A DNA stretch of 64,000 nucleotides, taken from an uncultured Bdellovibrio sp. (GTDB taxonomy: Bacteria; Bdellovibrionota; Bdellovibrionia; Bdellovibrionales; Bdellovibrionaceae). The notes beneath the pieces were generated by a model. The model was given only the letters and a program-made list of their open reading frames with translations, searched no databases and was not told the origin of the DNA. The DNA is taken from assembly GCA_963932905.1 (NCBI GenBank), contig CAWVRN010000014.1, positions 32,001 to 96,000 on the forward strand. The letters run 5' to 3'. Of the stretch, positions 48,785 through 59,066 are shown piece after piece. The stretch's first letter is position 1. Every line of letters starts with the position of its first letter. A program made the position numbers and the translations under genes.

Positions 48785-49930
48785 TTATTCTTTGAACAGG
48801 TCTATGATTTTTTCGCGATTATCAAGAGCATCTTGAAATCCCATCTCGATCAATTCAGAACAAAACGGTGATTCAAACAACAAGTAGCTAATCAATTCGT
48901 TAGCGTCTTCTAGACTGCCAAGTCCCTTGATGAGATAGCGTATAATGCGTGGAACTTTAGCCATATGTTTTGATGCCAATGCGCCGATATCACGTGATGG
49001 CGATATGAAAACGAAATCTAATTTTTTATAAGATAAATTCGGGCTATTTTCGGCTTGCTTCACGATTTGATTCATTCGAATTAACCGTTCCACGTCGTGT
49101 TCGACATTATCTAGAAGAACAGCATTCAAAAGAAGGTTTACTACTTTTGCGACGGACGGTGCCTTACCCATAGTATGGTCACCTTTTTCGTAAATTTTGT
49201 TAGAGCGACTTTTTACACCGATGACTAATAATTTTTGGGCACCTAAATAAATACTCGGAGCACATGGATGAGAATTTCGAACGCAGCCATCGCCGAAGTA
49301 TCGGTTTTCGATAGGACGAGGAGGAAACAAAAGTGGAATTGCGCTTGATCCAAGAATATGATCCACCGTAATTTTGGCTTCTTCAGAAATACGGCGTTGT
49401 TTTTTCCAAGGAGAAAATTCTTTATTCGTTTGAATAAAAGAGACAGCAGTGGAGTCATAGTAATCCACTGCTGTGATAATTAAGGATCGGAATAAGTTAT
49501 TTTCTAAATTGCTGGCAATTTTACTGGTATCTAGTTTTGATTTTAGCAAATGCTTTAGAGGTTCGGTATCTAACAGTGCGCGACCTTCGCCACTGGGGCC
49601 AGTAACTCCACCAAGTGATAGTTCGCTGACCCACTTTAAGCCTATTTTTCCAAGGTTGATGGCATCGGTGTAATAGATATCTGAGCTTTTTAGTTGTGAC
49701 CAGAGATCGACGAGATTCTTAATGGCTTTTTCCTGATCGTCCCACAAACTGGCCAGGTAACTGGCATTGATGGCACCGGCACTGACTCCAGAGAAGTGGT
49801 CGATCTTCATGGGAAGTCCTGCGGATTTTAAGACTTCGTAAATTCCTTGGGCAACTCCAGCTTGGTATGCGCCGCGAGCGCCACCGCCTGACAAAATGAG
49901 GGCTATTTGACTCATAGAGAAAGGATACAT
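48785..49930 (-). CDS. Patatin-like phospholipase (start may be ATG 49915)
   Basis: SGGGARGAYQ, GVSAG, DG. Confidence 0.92.
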   Translation of the reverse strand: MYPFSMSQIALILSGGGARGAYQAGVAQGIYEVLKSAGLPMKIDHFSGVSAGAINASYLASLWDDQEKAIKNLVDLWSQLKSSDIYYTDAINLGKIGLKWVSELSLGGVTGPSGEGRALLDTEPLKHLLKSKLDTSKIASNLENNLFRSLIITAVDYYDSTAVSFIQTNKEFSPWKKQRRISEEAKITVDHILGSSAIPLLFPPRPIENRYFGDGCVRNSHPCAPSIYLGAQKLLVIGVKSRSNKIYEKGDHTMGKAPSVAKVVNLLLNAVLLDNVEHDVERLIRMNQIVKQAENSPNLSYKKLDFVFISPSRDIGALASKHMAKVPRIIRYLIKGLGSLEDANELISYLLFESPFCSELIEMGFQDALDNREKIIDLFKE

Positions 49931-50136
49931 TCATTAGGGTCTTGTTAAAAAGAGAATAAAATCAAAGCTGGTCTTTTCGCTTGGCTATTGTTCCGCTAAC
50001 GGTTCTTCGTTTTATTATGCTTGAATGGAAACGTTGATAAAATTTACTTTATGAATTTTACATAATTCTACGAATTAAGGGATGAAATACGATAATAGAT
50101 AGAGCGTTTTGTAAAGACCTGTTATATCCAGAGTTC

Positions 50137-51039
50137 ATGTTGAAAATTCTGAGTATTGGTCTATTTTTAGTTTTCTCATTTTTTGTTAGTGCGCAAGCTG
50201 CGCAAATAAAATCAGCACAGGGTACGGCAGCGACGACTATCGAAGAAACTAAAGACATTGATGATGAAATCAAGAACTCTCGTTTGCGAGCATCAACTGG
50301 ATCTAAATCTCCTCTATCCATTCAAACTGATTTTAGTTACACAGGTGGGTCTGTATATAAACCTTTCGGTCCAACACGGCCCAAGCTATCGCCGGGGCCA
50401 ATTTTTGAACGTAATACAAAAGTAACTGGTAACATTTCAGGTAAATACCGTTTCAATGAAAACAATCACATGAACATTGGTACTGGCGTGGGTGTGACGA
50501 CGCCAGGTTTTGGTGGGCAGGAATATCAAGTTGAAAATCCGTATCTTTCTTTTTCAAATCTGTTTGGAGCTGGGTCTGCACAACATGTTTGGTCGTTCTC
50601 GGCAGTCAAGTATTCATCGAAAGAATTGATGGATACGTTAGATATCAATTCAGAATTAAGTTTTTATTATACTTATCTCTATACATTTGGCGAGACGGGT
50701 TGGCAGACAGGTATGGTGTTTTTGTTCAGCCACGAGATATACAACCATTACACGGAAGCCAATTCAGAAGAGACTTTGAATTCGGTTGGTCTGTATCCTT
50801 TTGCGGAATATGAATTTAACCCGACTTATTCTTTTCGCACGGTTTATCGAGGGGCTGGGTTTTATTCAAGTCGCAAAGATTTTAATAATTATGTGTGGGA
50901 TGAAGCGACTCAGTCGCTCGGGATGGGGATCACGATCACTCGTGACTTGTACTTGTACCCAAATCTGCAATGGGTTTGGAGAGATATTCGTCTGGATAAG
51001 ACGAATTTATCTCTCGTAGCCAATATTAATTTTTTCTAA
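50137..51039 (+). CDS. Outer-membrane beta-barrel protein
   Basis: Signal peptide, DIDDEIKNSRLRASTGSKS segment, aromatic alternating strands, C-terminal Phe. Confidence 0.75.
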   Translation: MLKILSIGLFLVFSFFVSAQAAQIKSAQGTAATTIEETKDIDDEIKNSRLRASTGSKSPLSIQTDFSYTGGSVYKPFGPTRPKLSPGPIFERNTKVTGNISGKYRFNENNHMNIGTGVGVTTPGFGGQEYQVENPYLSFSNLFGAGSAQHVWSFSAVKYSSKELMDTLDINSELSFYYTYLYTFGETGWQTGMVFLFSHEIYNHYTEANSEETLNSVGLYPFAEYEFNPTYSFRTVYRGAGFYSSRKDFNNYVWDEATQSLGMGITITRDLYLYPNLQWVWRDIRLDKTNLSLVANINFF

Positions 51040-51074
51040 GGTCTGGCGGTTTGCAATTTAAACTTGCTTAGCTA

Positions 51075-51704
51075 CTAGTTTTTAGCAGCTAGTTTAGAAG
51101 CGATTTTTTCGCCATTCGGTAGGAACAACAATGGGTCGTAAGCGTCTTTGTTTTGTCTGATTTCAAAATGTAAATGAACGCCAGTGACTCGGCCTGTTTT
51201 ACCCATCAATCCAACCATGTCGCCTTGACGAAGTTTTTGCCCTTCTTTTACTAAAATTTTATCTAAGTGTGCATAAATCGTTGCCCAGCCGTTTTCGCCT
51301 TCGATTAACAACATTTTGCCGTAACCTTTAAAATCACGTCCCGAATAAACCACGGTTCCATGATGGCTAGAGTAAATAGGAGTGCCTTTATTAGAGGCTA
51401 AATCGATCCCCCAGTGCGAACGCTTCTTAAGGCGACGTTTGGGGTGTTTAACTGGATCAGCGCTGTAAGCACGTGTTAGGCGAGCCTCATCGATTGGCCA
51501 ATCAAAGTATTTTCTTTGAATCATGGACTGAGGAGTTCGCGATAATTCGTTTGAAATCTTAGAATTTTTTGATTCTAGAACGACAGGCTGAGCTGAACCA
51601 ATTTCACGACTGATTGCCGTCGGTGAAGTCGAACATGACGACACAATGCCGACGAAAGGCAGGACAGAAAGTATTGCAACAATAAGTAAAGTTTTTTTAT
51701 TCAT
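51075..51704 (-). CDS. M23 family peptidoglycan metallopeptidase (lipoprotein)
   Basis: VSSC lipobox, HWGIDL, YAHL, HLHFE. Confidence 0.92.
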   Translation of the reverse strand: MNKKTLLIVAILSVLPFVGIVSSCSTSPTAISREIGSAQPVVLESKNSKISNELSRTPQSMIQRKYFDWPIDEARLTRAYSADPVKHPKRRLKKRSHWGIDLASNKGTPIYSSHHGTVVYSGRDFKGYGKMLLIEGENGWATIYAHLDKILVKEGQKLRQGDMVGLMGKTGRVTGVHLHFEIRQNKDAYDPLLFLPNGEKIASKLAAKN

Positions 51705-51835
51705 GCGTATCCTTCCATTATAACCAGTTTCATCCTTCGGTAAATAATAAAATCACCTAAAGTCTTGATTAAATAGGTAAAAAGTCCTGTTTTTCTTAAA
51801 ACAGTCTAAGAATTCGACAGAATAAAAAACATTCT

Positions 51836-51890
51836 AGGTGCCAGGCTACTTTTCTGGAAGCGTCGCCTTAAGAAAAGTAGCCTGGCACCT
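51836..51890. repeat. Perfect 20-bp inverted repeat (REP-like or terminator) downstream of glyA
   Basis: AGGTGCCAGGCTACTTTTCT-N15-AGAAAAGTAGCCTGGCACCT. Confidence 0.8.
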
Positions 51891-51896
51891 TATTGG

Positions 51897-53141
51897 TTAG
51901 TAAGGAAGAGGGAATTGTTTGCAGAGGTCTTTTACTTCGTTGTGGACTTTGGCTTTTGTGCTAGCGTCTTCAACGTTGTTTAGGACGGTGGTGATCCAGC
52001 TGGCGATTTTCTTCATCTCGTTGGCCTTCATTCCGCGAGTTGTTAATGCGGGAGTTCCTATTCGGATTCCTGATGTGACGAATGGCGAGCGTTTTTCGTT
52101 TGGAACCGTATTTTTATTTACTGTAATACCCGCTTCATCCAACGCGATTTCTGCGGCTTTGCCTGTTATTGCTGATTCGCTTAGGTCTAGGAGTAATAAA
52201 TGGTTTTCAGTTCCGCCAGTAACTAGTTTAAATCCATTGCGTTTTAGTTCTTCCGCTAATGTTTTTGCGTTTACCAATACATTTTCGATGTATGTTTTAA
52301 ATTCTGGTTTAAGTGCTTCGCCGAAACAGACGGCTTTGCCCGCAATTATGTGTTCCAACGGTCCTCCTTGTATGCCAGGGAAGATTCTTGAATTCATCGT
52401 TTTTGCTTTTTTTTCGCTGTTAGTTAAGATCATGCCGCCACGAGGACCACGCAAAGTTTTGTGAGTCGTTGTTGTCACGTAGTCCGCATAAGGCATAGGT
52501 GACGGGTGGTGACCTGAAGCCACTAGACCGGCGAAGTGAGCCATGTCCACTAGTAATGTTGCTCCCACAGAGTCGGCGATCTCTTTGAACTTAGCGAAAT
52601 CTAAAAAGCGAGGGTAAGCGCTGTAACCCGCAATGATCATTTTTGGTTTATGCTCTTTGGCTGATTTTGCAATCTCGTCGTAATTTAGAACACCTGTATT
52701 TGGGTCTAGTTTGTAAGAGGTTGCATTGAATAGTAAACCCGAAAAGTTAACTGGACTTCCGTGGGTTAAATGTCCACCGTGCGATAAATCCATTCCCAAA
52801 ATGGTATCGCCCGGTTTCAGAGCCGCCAAATAAACTGCCATATTGGCTTGTGAGCCCGCATGGGGTTGCACGTTGACGTATGAAGCGTTGAAAAGTTGTT
52901 TCGCGCGATCAATAGCCAGTTGTTCTATGCCATCAACATATTCACACCCACCGTAGTAGCGTTTGTTCGGATAGCCTTCTGCATACTTGTTAGTTAGAAT
53001 TGATCCCTGAGCTTCCATCACCGCTGCGGATGTGTAATTTTCCGAAGCGATCATTTCTAGGCCTTCTTGTTGGCGAACAGATTCTTTTCCAATCAAACTA
53101 AAGATCGCTTCATCTGTCTGTTTCAATGAAGTTTTCAACAT
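51897..53141 (-). CDS. glyA: Serine hydroxymethyltransferase
   Basis: [34 protein letters not shown]. Confidence 0.98.
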   Translation of the reverse strand: MLKTSLKQTDEAIFSLIGKESVRQQEGLEMIASENYTSAAVMEAQGSILTNKYAEGYPNKRYYGGCEYVDGIEQLAIDRAKQLFNASYVNVQPHAGSQANMAVYLAALKPGDTILGMDLSHGGHLTHGSPVNFSGLLFNATSYKLDPNTGVLNYDEIAKSAKEHKPKMIIAGYSAYPRFLDFAKFKEIADSVGATLLVDMAHFAGLVASGHHPSPMPYADYVTTTTHKTLRGPRGGMILTNSEKKAKTMNSRIFPGIQGGPLEHIIAGKAVCFGEALKPEFKTYIENVLVNAKTLAEELKRNGFKLVTGGTENHLLLLDLSESAITGKAAEIALDEAGITVNKNTVPNEKRSPFVTSGIRIGTPALTTRGMKANEMKKIASWITTVLNNVEDASTKAKVHNEVKDLCKQFPLPY

Positions 53142-53175
53142 GGCGGCCTCCCGGCGTATTTTTTTAATTTTACTA

Positions 53176-53649
53176 TTATATTTTATCTACGCGAATCGCG
53201 TGGCGACCTTTTGCAAATGGGGTCGTTAGAAATATCTTTACCATCTCCATTGCCACCGGGGAATGGATGTAACGGCCAGGCAAACATAAAACATTCGCAT
53301 TGTTATGTTCGCGAGCTAGAGTTGTTATTTCAGGATTCCAGCATAAACCGGCTCGAATTTGCGGATATTTGTTAGCCTTCATCGCCATGCCTTGGCCAGA
53401 ACCACAAAATAGAATCCCTAATGATCCATAAACATGAGCATCTTCGCTAGCGACAACTTGAGGCAATTTTTTGTAATCCTCAAGAATGCTCTCGCAAACA
53501 AGTTTGGCTAGGTCTGGGTAGTTAACCGATTCGTTAGTGTAGCATCCCAAATCTTTGAATTCGTAAGAACTATCTAACGTTGGTAAAGACCGCAGCAGCT
53601 CTTGTTTTAAATCGAAGCCACCGTGATCTGAACCAATGTATATTTTCAT
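53176..53649 (-). CDS. rpiB: Ribose-5-phosphate isomerase B
   Basis: [31 protein letters not shown]. Confidence 0.93.
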   Translation of the reverse strand: MKIYIGSDHGGFDLKQELLRSLPTLDSSYEFKDLGCYTNESVNYPDLAKLVCESILEDYKKLPQVVASEDAHVYGSLGILFCGSGQGMAMKANKYPQIRAGLCWNPEITTLAREHNNANVLCLPGRYIHSPVAMEMVKIFLTTPFAKGRHAIRVDKI

Positions 53650-53652
53650 AGC

Positions 53653-54951
53653 CTACTCTAATTTTGAAAAGATAATTGAACCGTTAGTTCCACCAAAGCC
53701 AAAGCTGTTATTCAAGGCGTGTTTGAATTTACCATCACGTGCTTGATTAGGAACATAGTCTAAATCACAATCTTCACTTGGATTTTCTAAATTGATTGTT
53801 GGAGGAACGATTTGGTCGCGAAGGGCTAGAATAGTCCACGCACTTTCAATCGCTCCAGCGGCACCTAATAGATGACCAGTCATTGATTTCGTTCCTGATA
53901 CCCACAAGTTTTTAGCGTGAGCGCCGAACAAGTTCTTAATGGCTTGAGTTTCTAAACCATCGCCAATCGGAGTTGATGTCGCATGGGCATTAACGTGTTT
54001 GATATCTTCCGGTTTAATTCCAGCATCTTTAACAGCAGCAGCCATCGCACGACGACCACCTTCACCTTCCGGTGCTGGACTTGTGAAATGGTAGGCATCG
54101 GATGTCGCGCCATAACCAGTCACTTCACATAAAATATGAGCGCCACGTTTCATTGCGCTTTCTAATGTTTCAAGGAAAAATACGGCGCCGCCTTCACCTA
54201 GAACAAAACCATCACGGTCTTTATCAAATGGCCGAGACGCTTTCTCGGGTGCATCGTTGCGTTCTGACATGGCTCTCATTGAAGAGAAGCCGCCAATAGC
54301 TGACGGGCATACAGTGGCTTCCACTCCGCCGGCTAACATGTAGTCAGCACGACCGTAGCGAATGTAATTAAATGCTTCACCGATCGAATGAACACCTGTT
54401 GCGCAGGCGCTTGTGATGGCAAAGTTTGGACCTTTAAATCCATGTTTGATTGATACTTGTCCGGCTGCCAAGTTCGTGATTACGCCAGGAATGAAGAATG
54501 GGGAGATGCGGTTCGGACCGCGTGTTCTTAATTTTTCTAATTGTTCTTCGATCATCGGTAGACCACCGATGCCGACACCAATGAACGCTCCTGTTTCCAA
54601 GAGCTGTTCTTCGGTTAATTTTATGTTGGCCATTTCGAGCGCCATCTGAGTACAAGCCATAGAATAATGGATAAATGTATCCATTTTCTTTTGCTCTTTT
54701 TTCTCGATGTAAAGATCGGGATTAAACCCTTTTACTTCGCCAGCTATTTTAGTTGAGAAAGCAGTCGTATCAAATTTTGTAATTTGAGTGATTCCGCTTT
54801 GACCTTTCAATAACGCTTTCCATGACTCTTCTAGGGTGTTTCCTAGCGGGCTTACAAGCCCAATTCCAGTCACCACAACTCGACGTTGTGGCTGTGACGG
54901 TCTCTCGAAGCTGCTTCTATCGAAATTTCGTGACCCGAAATGTTCCGGCAT
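53653..54951 (-). CDS. fabF: Beta-ketoacyl-ACP synthase II
   Basis: RRVVVTGIG, SACATG, NAHATST, GHLLGAAG, NSFGFGG. Confidence 0.97.
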   Translation of the reverse strand: MPEHFGSRNFDRSSFERPSQPQRRVVVTGIGLVSPLGNTLEESWKALLKGQSGITQITKFDTTAFSTKIAGEVKGFNPDLYIEKKEQKKMDTFIHYSMACTQMALEMANIKLTEEQLLETGAFIGVGIGGLPMIEEQLEKLRTRGPNRISPFFIPGVITNLAAGQVSIKHGFKGPNFAITSACATGVHSIGEAFNYIRYGRADYMLAGGVEATVCPSAIGGFSSMRAMSERNDAPEKASRPFDKDRDGFVLGEGGAVFFLETLESAMKRGAHILCEVTGYGATSDAYHFTSPAPEGEGGRRAMAAAVKDAGIKPEDIKHVNAHATSTPIGDGLETQAIKNLFGAHAKNLWVSGTKSMTGHLLGAAGAIESAWTILALRDQIVPPTINLENPSEDCDLDYVPNQARDGKFKHALNNSFGFGGTNGSIIFSKLE

Positions 54952-54955
54952 AAAA

Positions 54956-55192
54956 TTAGATTTTGCCTTTAGTCTCTAAGTACTTTGTAACGTCTTGAAC
55001 TGTTTTTAACTTTTCAGCATCTTCGTCTGGGATTTCGATGTCGAATTCTTCTTCCATAGCCATAACAAGTTCTACGATGTCTAAGCTGTCTGCGCCTAAG
55101 TCGTCGATGAATGAAGCTTCTGGTTTAACTTTCTCAGGATCAACGCTCAATTGCTCAACGATGATATCTTTAATTTTTGGACTTAATGACAT
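54956..55192 (-). CDS. acpP: Acyl carrier protein
   Basis: [20 protein letters not shown] before ATG 55192. Confidence 0.97.
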   Translation of the reverse strand: MSLSPKIKDIIVEQLSVDPEKVKPEASFIDDLGADSLDIVELVMAMEEEFDIEIPDEDAEKLKTVQDVTKYLETKGKI

Positions 55193-55322
55193 GTTAGACT
55201 CCTTTTGTAAATCCATAGTAAATTCCTTTCTTTTTGAAAAATTGGTTACTCTATTAATTTTATAAACGTAATCAAAATAAACGATTTAGGCGTTAGAGCA
55301 AGCAAAAAAATCGCCTAAGTTT

Positions 55323-56060
55323 TTACTCCATAAACATTCCGCCATTTACGCTTAAAGTGTGGCCTGTAATGTAGGCACTTTGATCACTCAGTAGAAATTT
55401 TACAGCGTCAGCTACGTCTTTAGACGATCCCATACGTTGTAAAGGGATCTTGTCCATAATCTTTTGTTTCACATCATCAGAGAGCACATCCGTCATATCT
55501 GTTTCAATAAACCCGGGAGCTACACAATTGACGCGAACACCACGTGAACCTAATTCCAAGGCCACTGATTTTGAGAACGCCACGACGCCTGCTTTGGAAG
55601 CCGCGTAGTTAGCTTGACCCGCATTTCCAGTTTGTCCAATAACACTTGTGATTTGAACAACGGATCCTTTGCGTGCTTTCATCATAATCTTAGTGATTGC
55701 TTTGGTTAAAAAGAAGGTACCTTTAAGATTTGTGTTTATCACAGAATCAAAATCTTCTGATTTCATGCGCATCAATAAACCGTCTTTAGTAATGCCGGCG
55801 TTGTTCACCAGGCCGTCGAATTCTTTCCAGTCCGTCATCAATGTTTCAAGGGCTGTATTCACAGACGCTTCGTCGGCTACGTTCATCGCTAGAATGCGGT
55901 GGCCTTCACCAGGAAGTGATTCAAGGATCTTTTGTGCCGAGGCTTGGTTAGAGCTATAGGTGAAAGCGACTTTGGCGCCAGCTTCAGCTAATGATTTTAC
56001 GATTTCAGCACCTATACCGCGGCTGCCGCCAGTCACTAGAATTTTTTTACCAGACAACAT
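55323..56060 (-). CDS. fabG: 3-oxoacyl-ACP reductase
   Basis: TGGSRGIG, NNAGITKD, GNAGQANYAASK. Confidence 0.97.
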   Translation of the reverse strand: MLSGKKILVTGGSRGIGAEIVKSLAEAGAKVAFTYSSNQASAQKILESLPGEGHRILAMNVADEASVNTALETLMTDWKEFDGLVNNAGITKDGLLMRMKSEDFDSVINTNLKGTFFLTKAITKIMMKARKGSVVQITSVIGQTGNAGQANYAASKAGVVAFSKSVALELGSRGVRVNCVAPGFIETDMTDVLSDDVKQKIMDKIPLQRMGSSKDVADAVKFLLSDQSAYITGHTLSVNGGMFME

Positions 56061-56071
56061 TAGATACGTCC

Positions 56072-57025
56072 TTAGTTTTGAGTTTTAATTAAATCTAAAT
56101 CTTCTTGAGTTTGTGAACTTAGGATTTTGAAATTTGGATTTTCCATTTTCTTGAATAATCCTTTTACAACAGAACCGTGACCGCATTCGATTCCGGTCAT
56201 CCACGATTTTGTTTCCATAAGCTTCATTGTTTGAGTCCATAACACGGGAGCTGAAACTTGTTGAACTAAGTTTTGTTTTAATTCTGTTGGGTTTTCAACC
56301 AATTGTGCATTGAAGTTTTGGATAATAGGAAATGCAGGTTTGTTGAAGGTGACACCACTTAAAAATTGATTCATTTTTTCTTGAGCGGGTTTCATCATAC
56401 TGCAGTGGAAAGGTGCAGATACATTCAAAGGAATCAGTTTCGCACGTTTTGGCGATCCCGGAATTAATTCAGCTTTGAAATTTGTTTTTAACCAGTCGAT
56501 ACATTTCATTGATCCACTGATTACGATTTGTCCTGGACTGTTGAAATTGGCAGGGGAAAGAGGTTTAAAACCAGATTCTTTTTCTGCCCACTCGCAGAGC
56601 CAAGTGACTTGGTCTGGTTCTAATCCCAGAACCGCAACCATGCCGCCTTCGCCGACAGGAACTGCCGATTGCATTGCTTCGCCGCGAAGGCGAACCGCTT
56701 TCATTGCTGTAGCGAAATCCATAACCCCAGCTGTAACTAGCGCCGCATATTCACCGATAGAATGTCCAGCGGCTGCTTCGATTTTTAAAGGAGAGAGTTC
56801 TTTTAAAACGCGAAAAGTGCCTACAGATACACTCAGTAAAGCCGGTTGAGTGTTAGCCGTCAAAGCCAGTTCGGCTTCGGTACCATCATAGATTAGTTTT
56901 TTTAAATCTAAACTAATCGCCTCTGATGCTTCTGAGATTGTGTTTTTGAATATTGGGAAATTTTCGAAAAGGTAGCTGCCCATTTTTGGAGCTTGGCTTC
57001 CTTGTCCTGGAAATAATAAAACCAC
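56072..57025 (-). CDS. fabD: Malonyl-CoA:ACP transacylase
   Basis: FPGQGSQ, GHSIGE, SAPFH. Confidence 0.97.
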   Translation of the reverse strand: MVLLFPGQGSQAPKMGSYLFENFPIFKNTISEASEAISLDLKKLIYDGTEAELALTANTQPALLSVSVGTFRVLKELSPLKIEAAAGHSIGEYAALVTAGVMDFATAMKAVRLRGEAMQSAVPVGEGGMVAVLGLEPDQVTWLCEWAEKESGFKPLSPANFNSPGQIVISGSMKCIDWLKTNFKAELIPGSPKRAKLIPLNVSAPFHCSMMKPAQEKMNQFLSGVTFNKPAFPIIQNFNAQLVENPTELKQNLVQQVSAPVLWTQTMKLMETKSWMTGIECGHGSVVKGLFKKMENPNFKILSSQTQEDLDLIKTQN

Positions 57026-57053
57026 CGTAAAGTCCTTTTTTAGAATCTAAGTT

Positions 57054-57079
57054 TAGCTAACAGGAACGCCTGCTAGCTA
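57054..57079 (-). other. Intercistronic hairpin between fabH and fabD
   Basis: TAGCTAGCAGG-CGTT-CCTGTTAGCTA on the minus strand (11 bp, one G-U pair). Confidence 0.5.
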
Positions 57080-57087
57080 TGTCTTAA

Positions 57088-58083
57088 TTAAAATCTAAGT
57101 AGTAAACTGCCTGATGTTAAGCCGGCACCAAAAGCAGCTAATAGAATGAGCTGACCGCGCTTAATTTTTCCTTCCTGTAAAGCCATATCGAATGCAACTG
57201 GAATACTGGCTGCTGAGGTGTTGCCCGTTTCGTGCAAACTGACCACTACTTTTTCAGTAGGGAACTCAAAGTGACTTGCGACACTTTCTAAAATACGTAA
57301 GTTAGCTTGATGTGGAATCAACCAATCGACTTCCGTCGGAGCTACGTTGTTGGCGCGAAGGGCTTCGTGGCAACATTCAGTCATGGTACGAACGGCATTT
57401 TTAAAAATCTCTCGACCTTTCATGCGTACGTATTGAGTTTTATTGTTTAGGACCTCTTGGCTGAATGGAATTTTGGATCCACCAGCAGGTAGTACGAATA
57501 ATTCACCTAAATTACCGTCCGCGTGGAGGTGCGAACTCATGATAATGTTGGGGTCGTTTTTATCTGTACGTGAAACAATCCATGCGCCAGCGGCATCACC
57601 AAATAGGATGCATGTTTCGCGATCTTCGTAATTTACAAATGGATGCAGAACTTCACCACCCACAACTAGGATGTGTTTGTACATGCCAGTACGGATGAAT
57701 TGATCGGCTACTGATAAACCGTAAACGAAGCCAGAACATGCCGCTGATAAATCAAACGCCATGATGTTTCGGCACCCTAGCTTGCTTTGCAGTACGCAGG
57801 CTGTTGACGGCATAACTTGGTCAGGGCTTACTGTGCAGACGATGATCAAATCAAGGTCTTGCGCTGATAAGCCGGACATTTTTAATGCTTTGAGGGTCGC
57901 TTCGTAAGCCAGATCGCTGGTACCGACGCCGTCGGCAGCAATATGGCGGTGTTTGATGCCGGTACGTTCAACGATCCAATCGTTGTTCGTGTCGACCATT
58001 TTTTCTAAATCAAAATTAGTAAGAACTTTTTCAGGAAGGTATGAGCCGACTCCTGATATTTTGGATCTGAACTCTCCAACCAT
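57088..58083 (-). CDS. fabH: Beta-ketoacyl-ACP synthase III
   Basis: AACSGF, LFGD, PHQAN, GNTSAAS. Confidence 0.97.
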   Translation of the reverse strand: MVGEFRSKISGVGSYLPEKVLTNFDLEKMVDTNNDWIVERTGIKHRHIAADGVGTSDLAYEATLKALKMSGLSAQDLDLIIVCTVSPDQVMPSTACVLQSKLGCRNIMAFDLSAACSGFVYGLSVADQFIRTGMYKHILVVGGEVLHPFVNYEDRETCILFGDAAGAWIVSRTDKNDPNIIMSSHLHADGNLGELFVLPAGGSKIPFSQEVLNNKTQYVRMKGREIFKNAVRTMTECCHEALRANNVAPTEVDWLIPHQANLRILESVASHFEFPTEKVVVSLHETGNTSAASIPVAFDMALQEGKIKRGQLILLAAFGAGLTSGSLLLRF

Positions 58084-58105
58084 GGAAGCCTCGCTTTAGT
58101 TAGGA

Positions 58106-58321
58106 TTACTCAGCAGTTTCTTCAGCTTGCTTCTTAACTTTAGCAGGGATGATTTCTTTGCCACGGTAATAGAATGCACCGTCTGTTGATTTGTAAGCGC
58201 GGTGAGGAGCGTGGAATTCTCCCATTTTTTTATCAAAACCAATAGCTGGAATCTCTAGAGAATCGTGTGAACGTCTCATGTCGCGGCGTGAGCGTGAGGT
58301 TTTTTTCTTCGGTGTAGGCAT
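58106..58321 (-). CDS. rpmF: 50S ribosomal protein L32 (Cys-less type)
   Basis: MPTPKKKTSRSRRDMRRSH...PHR...YYRG; follows yceD. Confidence 0.93.
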   Translation of the reverse strand: MPTPKKKTSRSRRDMRRSHDSLEIPAIGFDKKMGEFHAPHRAYKSTDGAFYYRGKEIIPAKVKKQAEETAE

Positions 58322-58433
58322 GGTAGCTCCTTAAATAACGGATCGTATTATTAAATAATAAAGACGAATTAATTCCTTAATTTCACTCAAAAATCAATCT
58401 TTGATATTGTGGCTTGGTCCGGGTGCGTAAAAC

Positions 58434-58991
58434 TTACTGAATCTTTAAGCCCTTTAATACAGCAAATGGATTTGTTTCTTCCAGTGCCGTTGGCTTTTCT
58501 TCATAAGTTTTAAGCAGACTTTGAACATTTAGCCCACAATCATTGCAGTCACCTTTGGAATTAACCTCGGGAGCTGGATTATAAGGCACCTCGAGAGCAA
58601 TCGCTTCGTGAAGGTATTCGCCAATGTTAAGTTTCATTCCGGCCGAGTATTCAAAACTTTGAGGCCCTTCGGTTTGGTTTTCAGAGAAATGATTCGGTTT
58701 TGCGTAGTGACCGTCACGGGTCATTTCTTGCGGTGGAATCAAAATTTCATTGAATTTGACCGTGATTGGGAACTGAATTCCTTGGCCGCAATATGAGCAA
58801 AGCTCTTTAGATTTTGTTTTTATTGAGCCAGTCAGTGTGAAATCGCGTGTGTTTAATGGGCGAATAGTAAATGTCGTTAGATATTTGTTTTCGCCAATAA
58901 GATCAGCCAAAGCCGCTGTGACTTCGCCGGATTCAGTTGTGTATTCGTAACTACGGCCCTCTTCGGGGATTTCTGCTAGATTGATAATCAT
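58434..58991 (-). CDS. yceD: YceD/DUF177 family protein
   Basis: CSYC, CNDCG, NPFAVLK; upstream of rpmF. Confidence 0.88.
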   Translation of the reverse strand: MIINLAEIPEEGRSYEYTTESGEVTAALADLIGENKYLTTFTIRPLNTRDFTLTGSIKTKSKELCSYCGQGIQFPITVKFNEILIPPQEMTRDGHYAKPNHFSENQTEGPQSFEYSAGMKLNIGEYLHEAIALEVPYNPAPEVNSKGDCNDCGLNVQSLLKTYEEKPTALEETNPFAVLKGLKIQ

Positions 58992-59066
58992 GGTACATGT
59001 CCTAAGTTTTCATAGCGAAAGGGTCAATGAGTTTTGCCCAGATTCACTAAATTACATATTTTTCTT

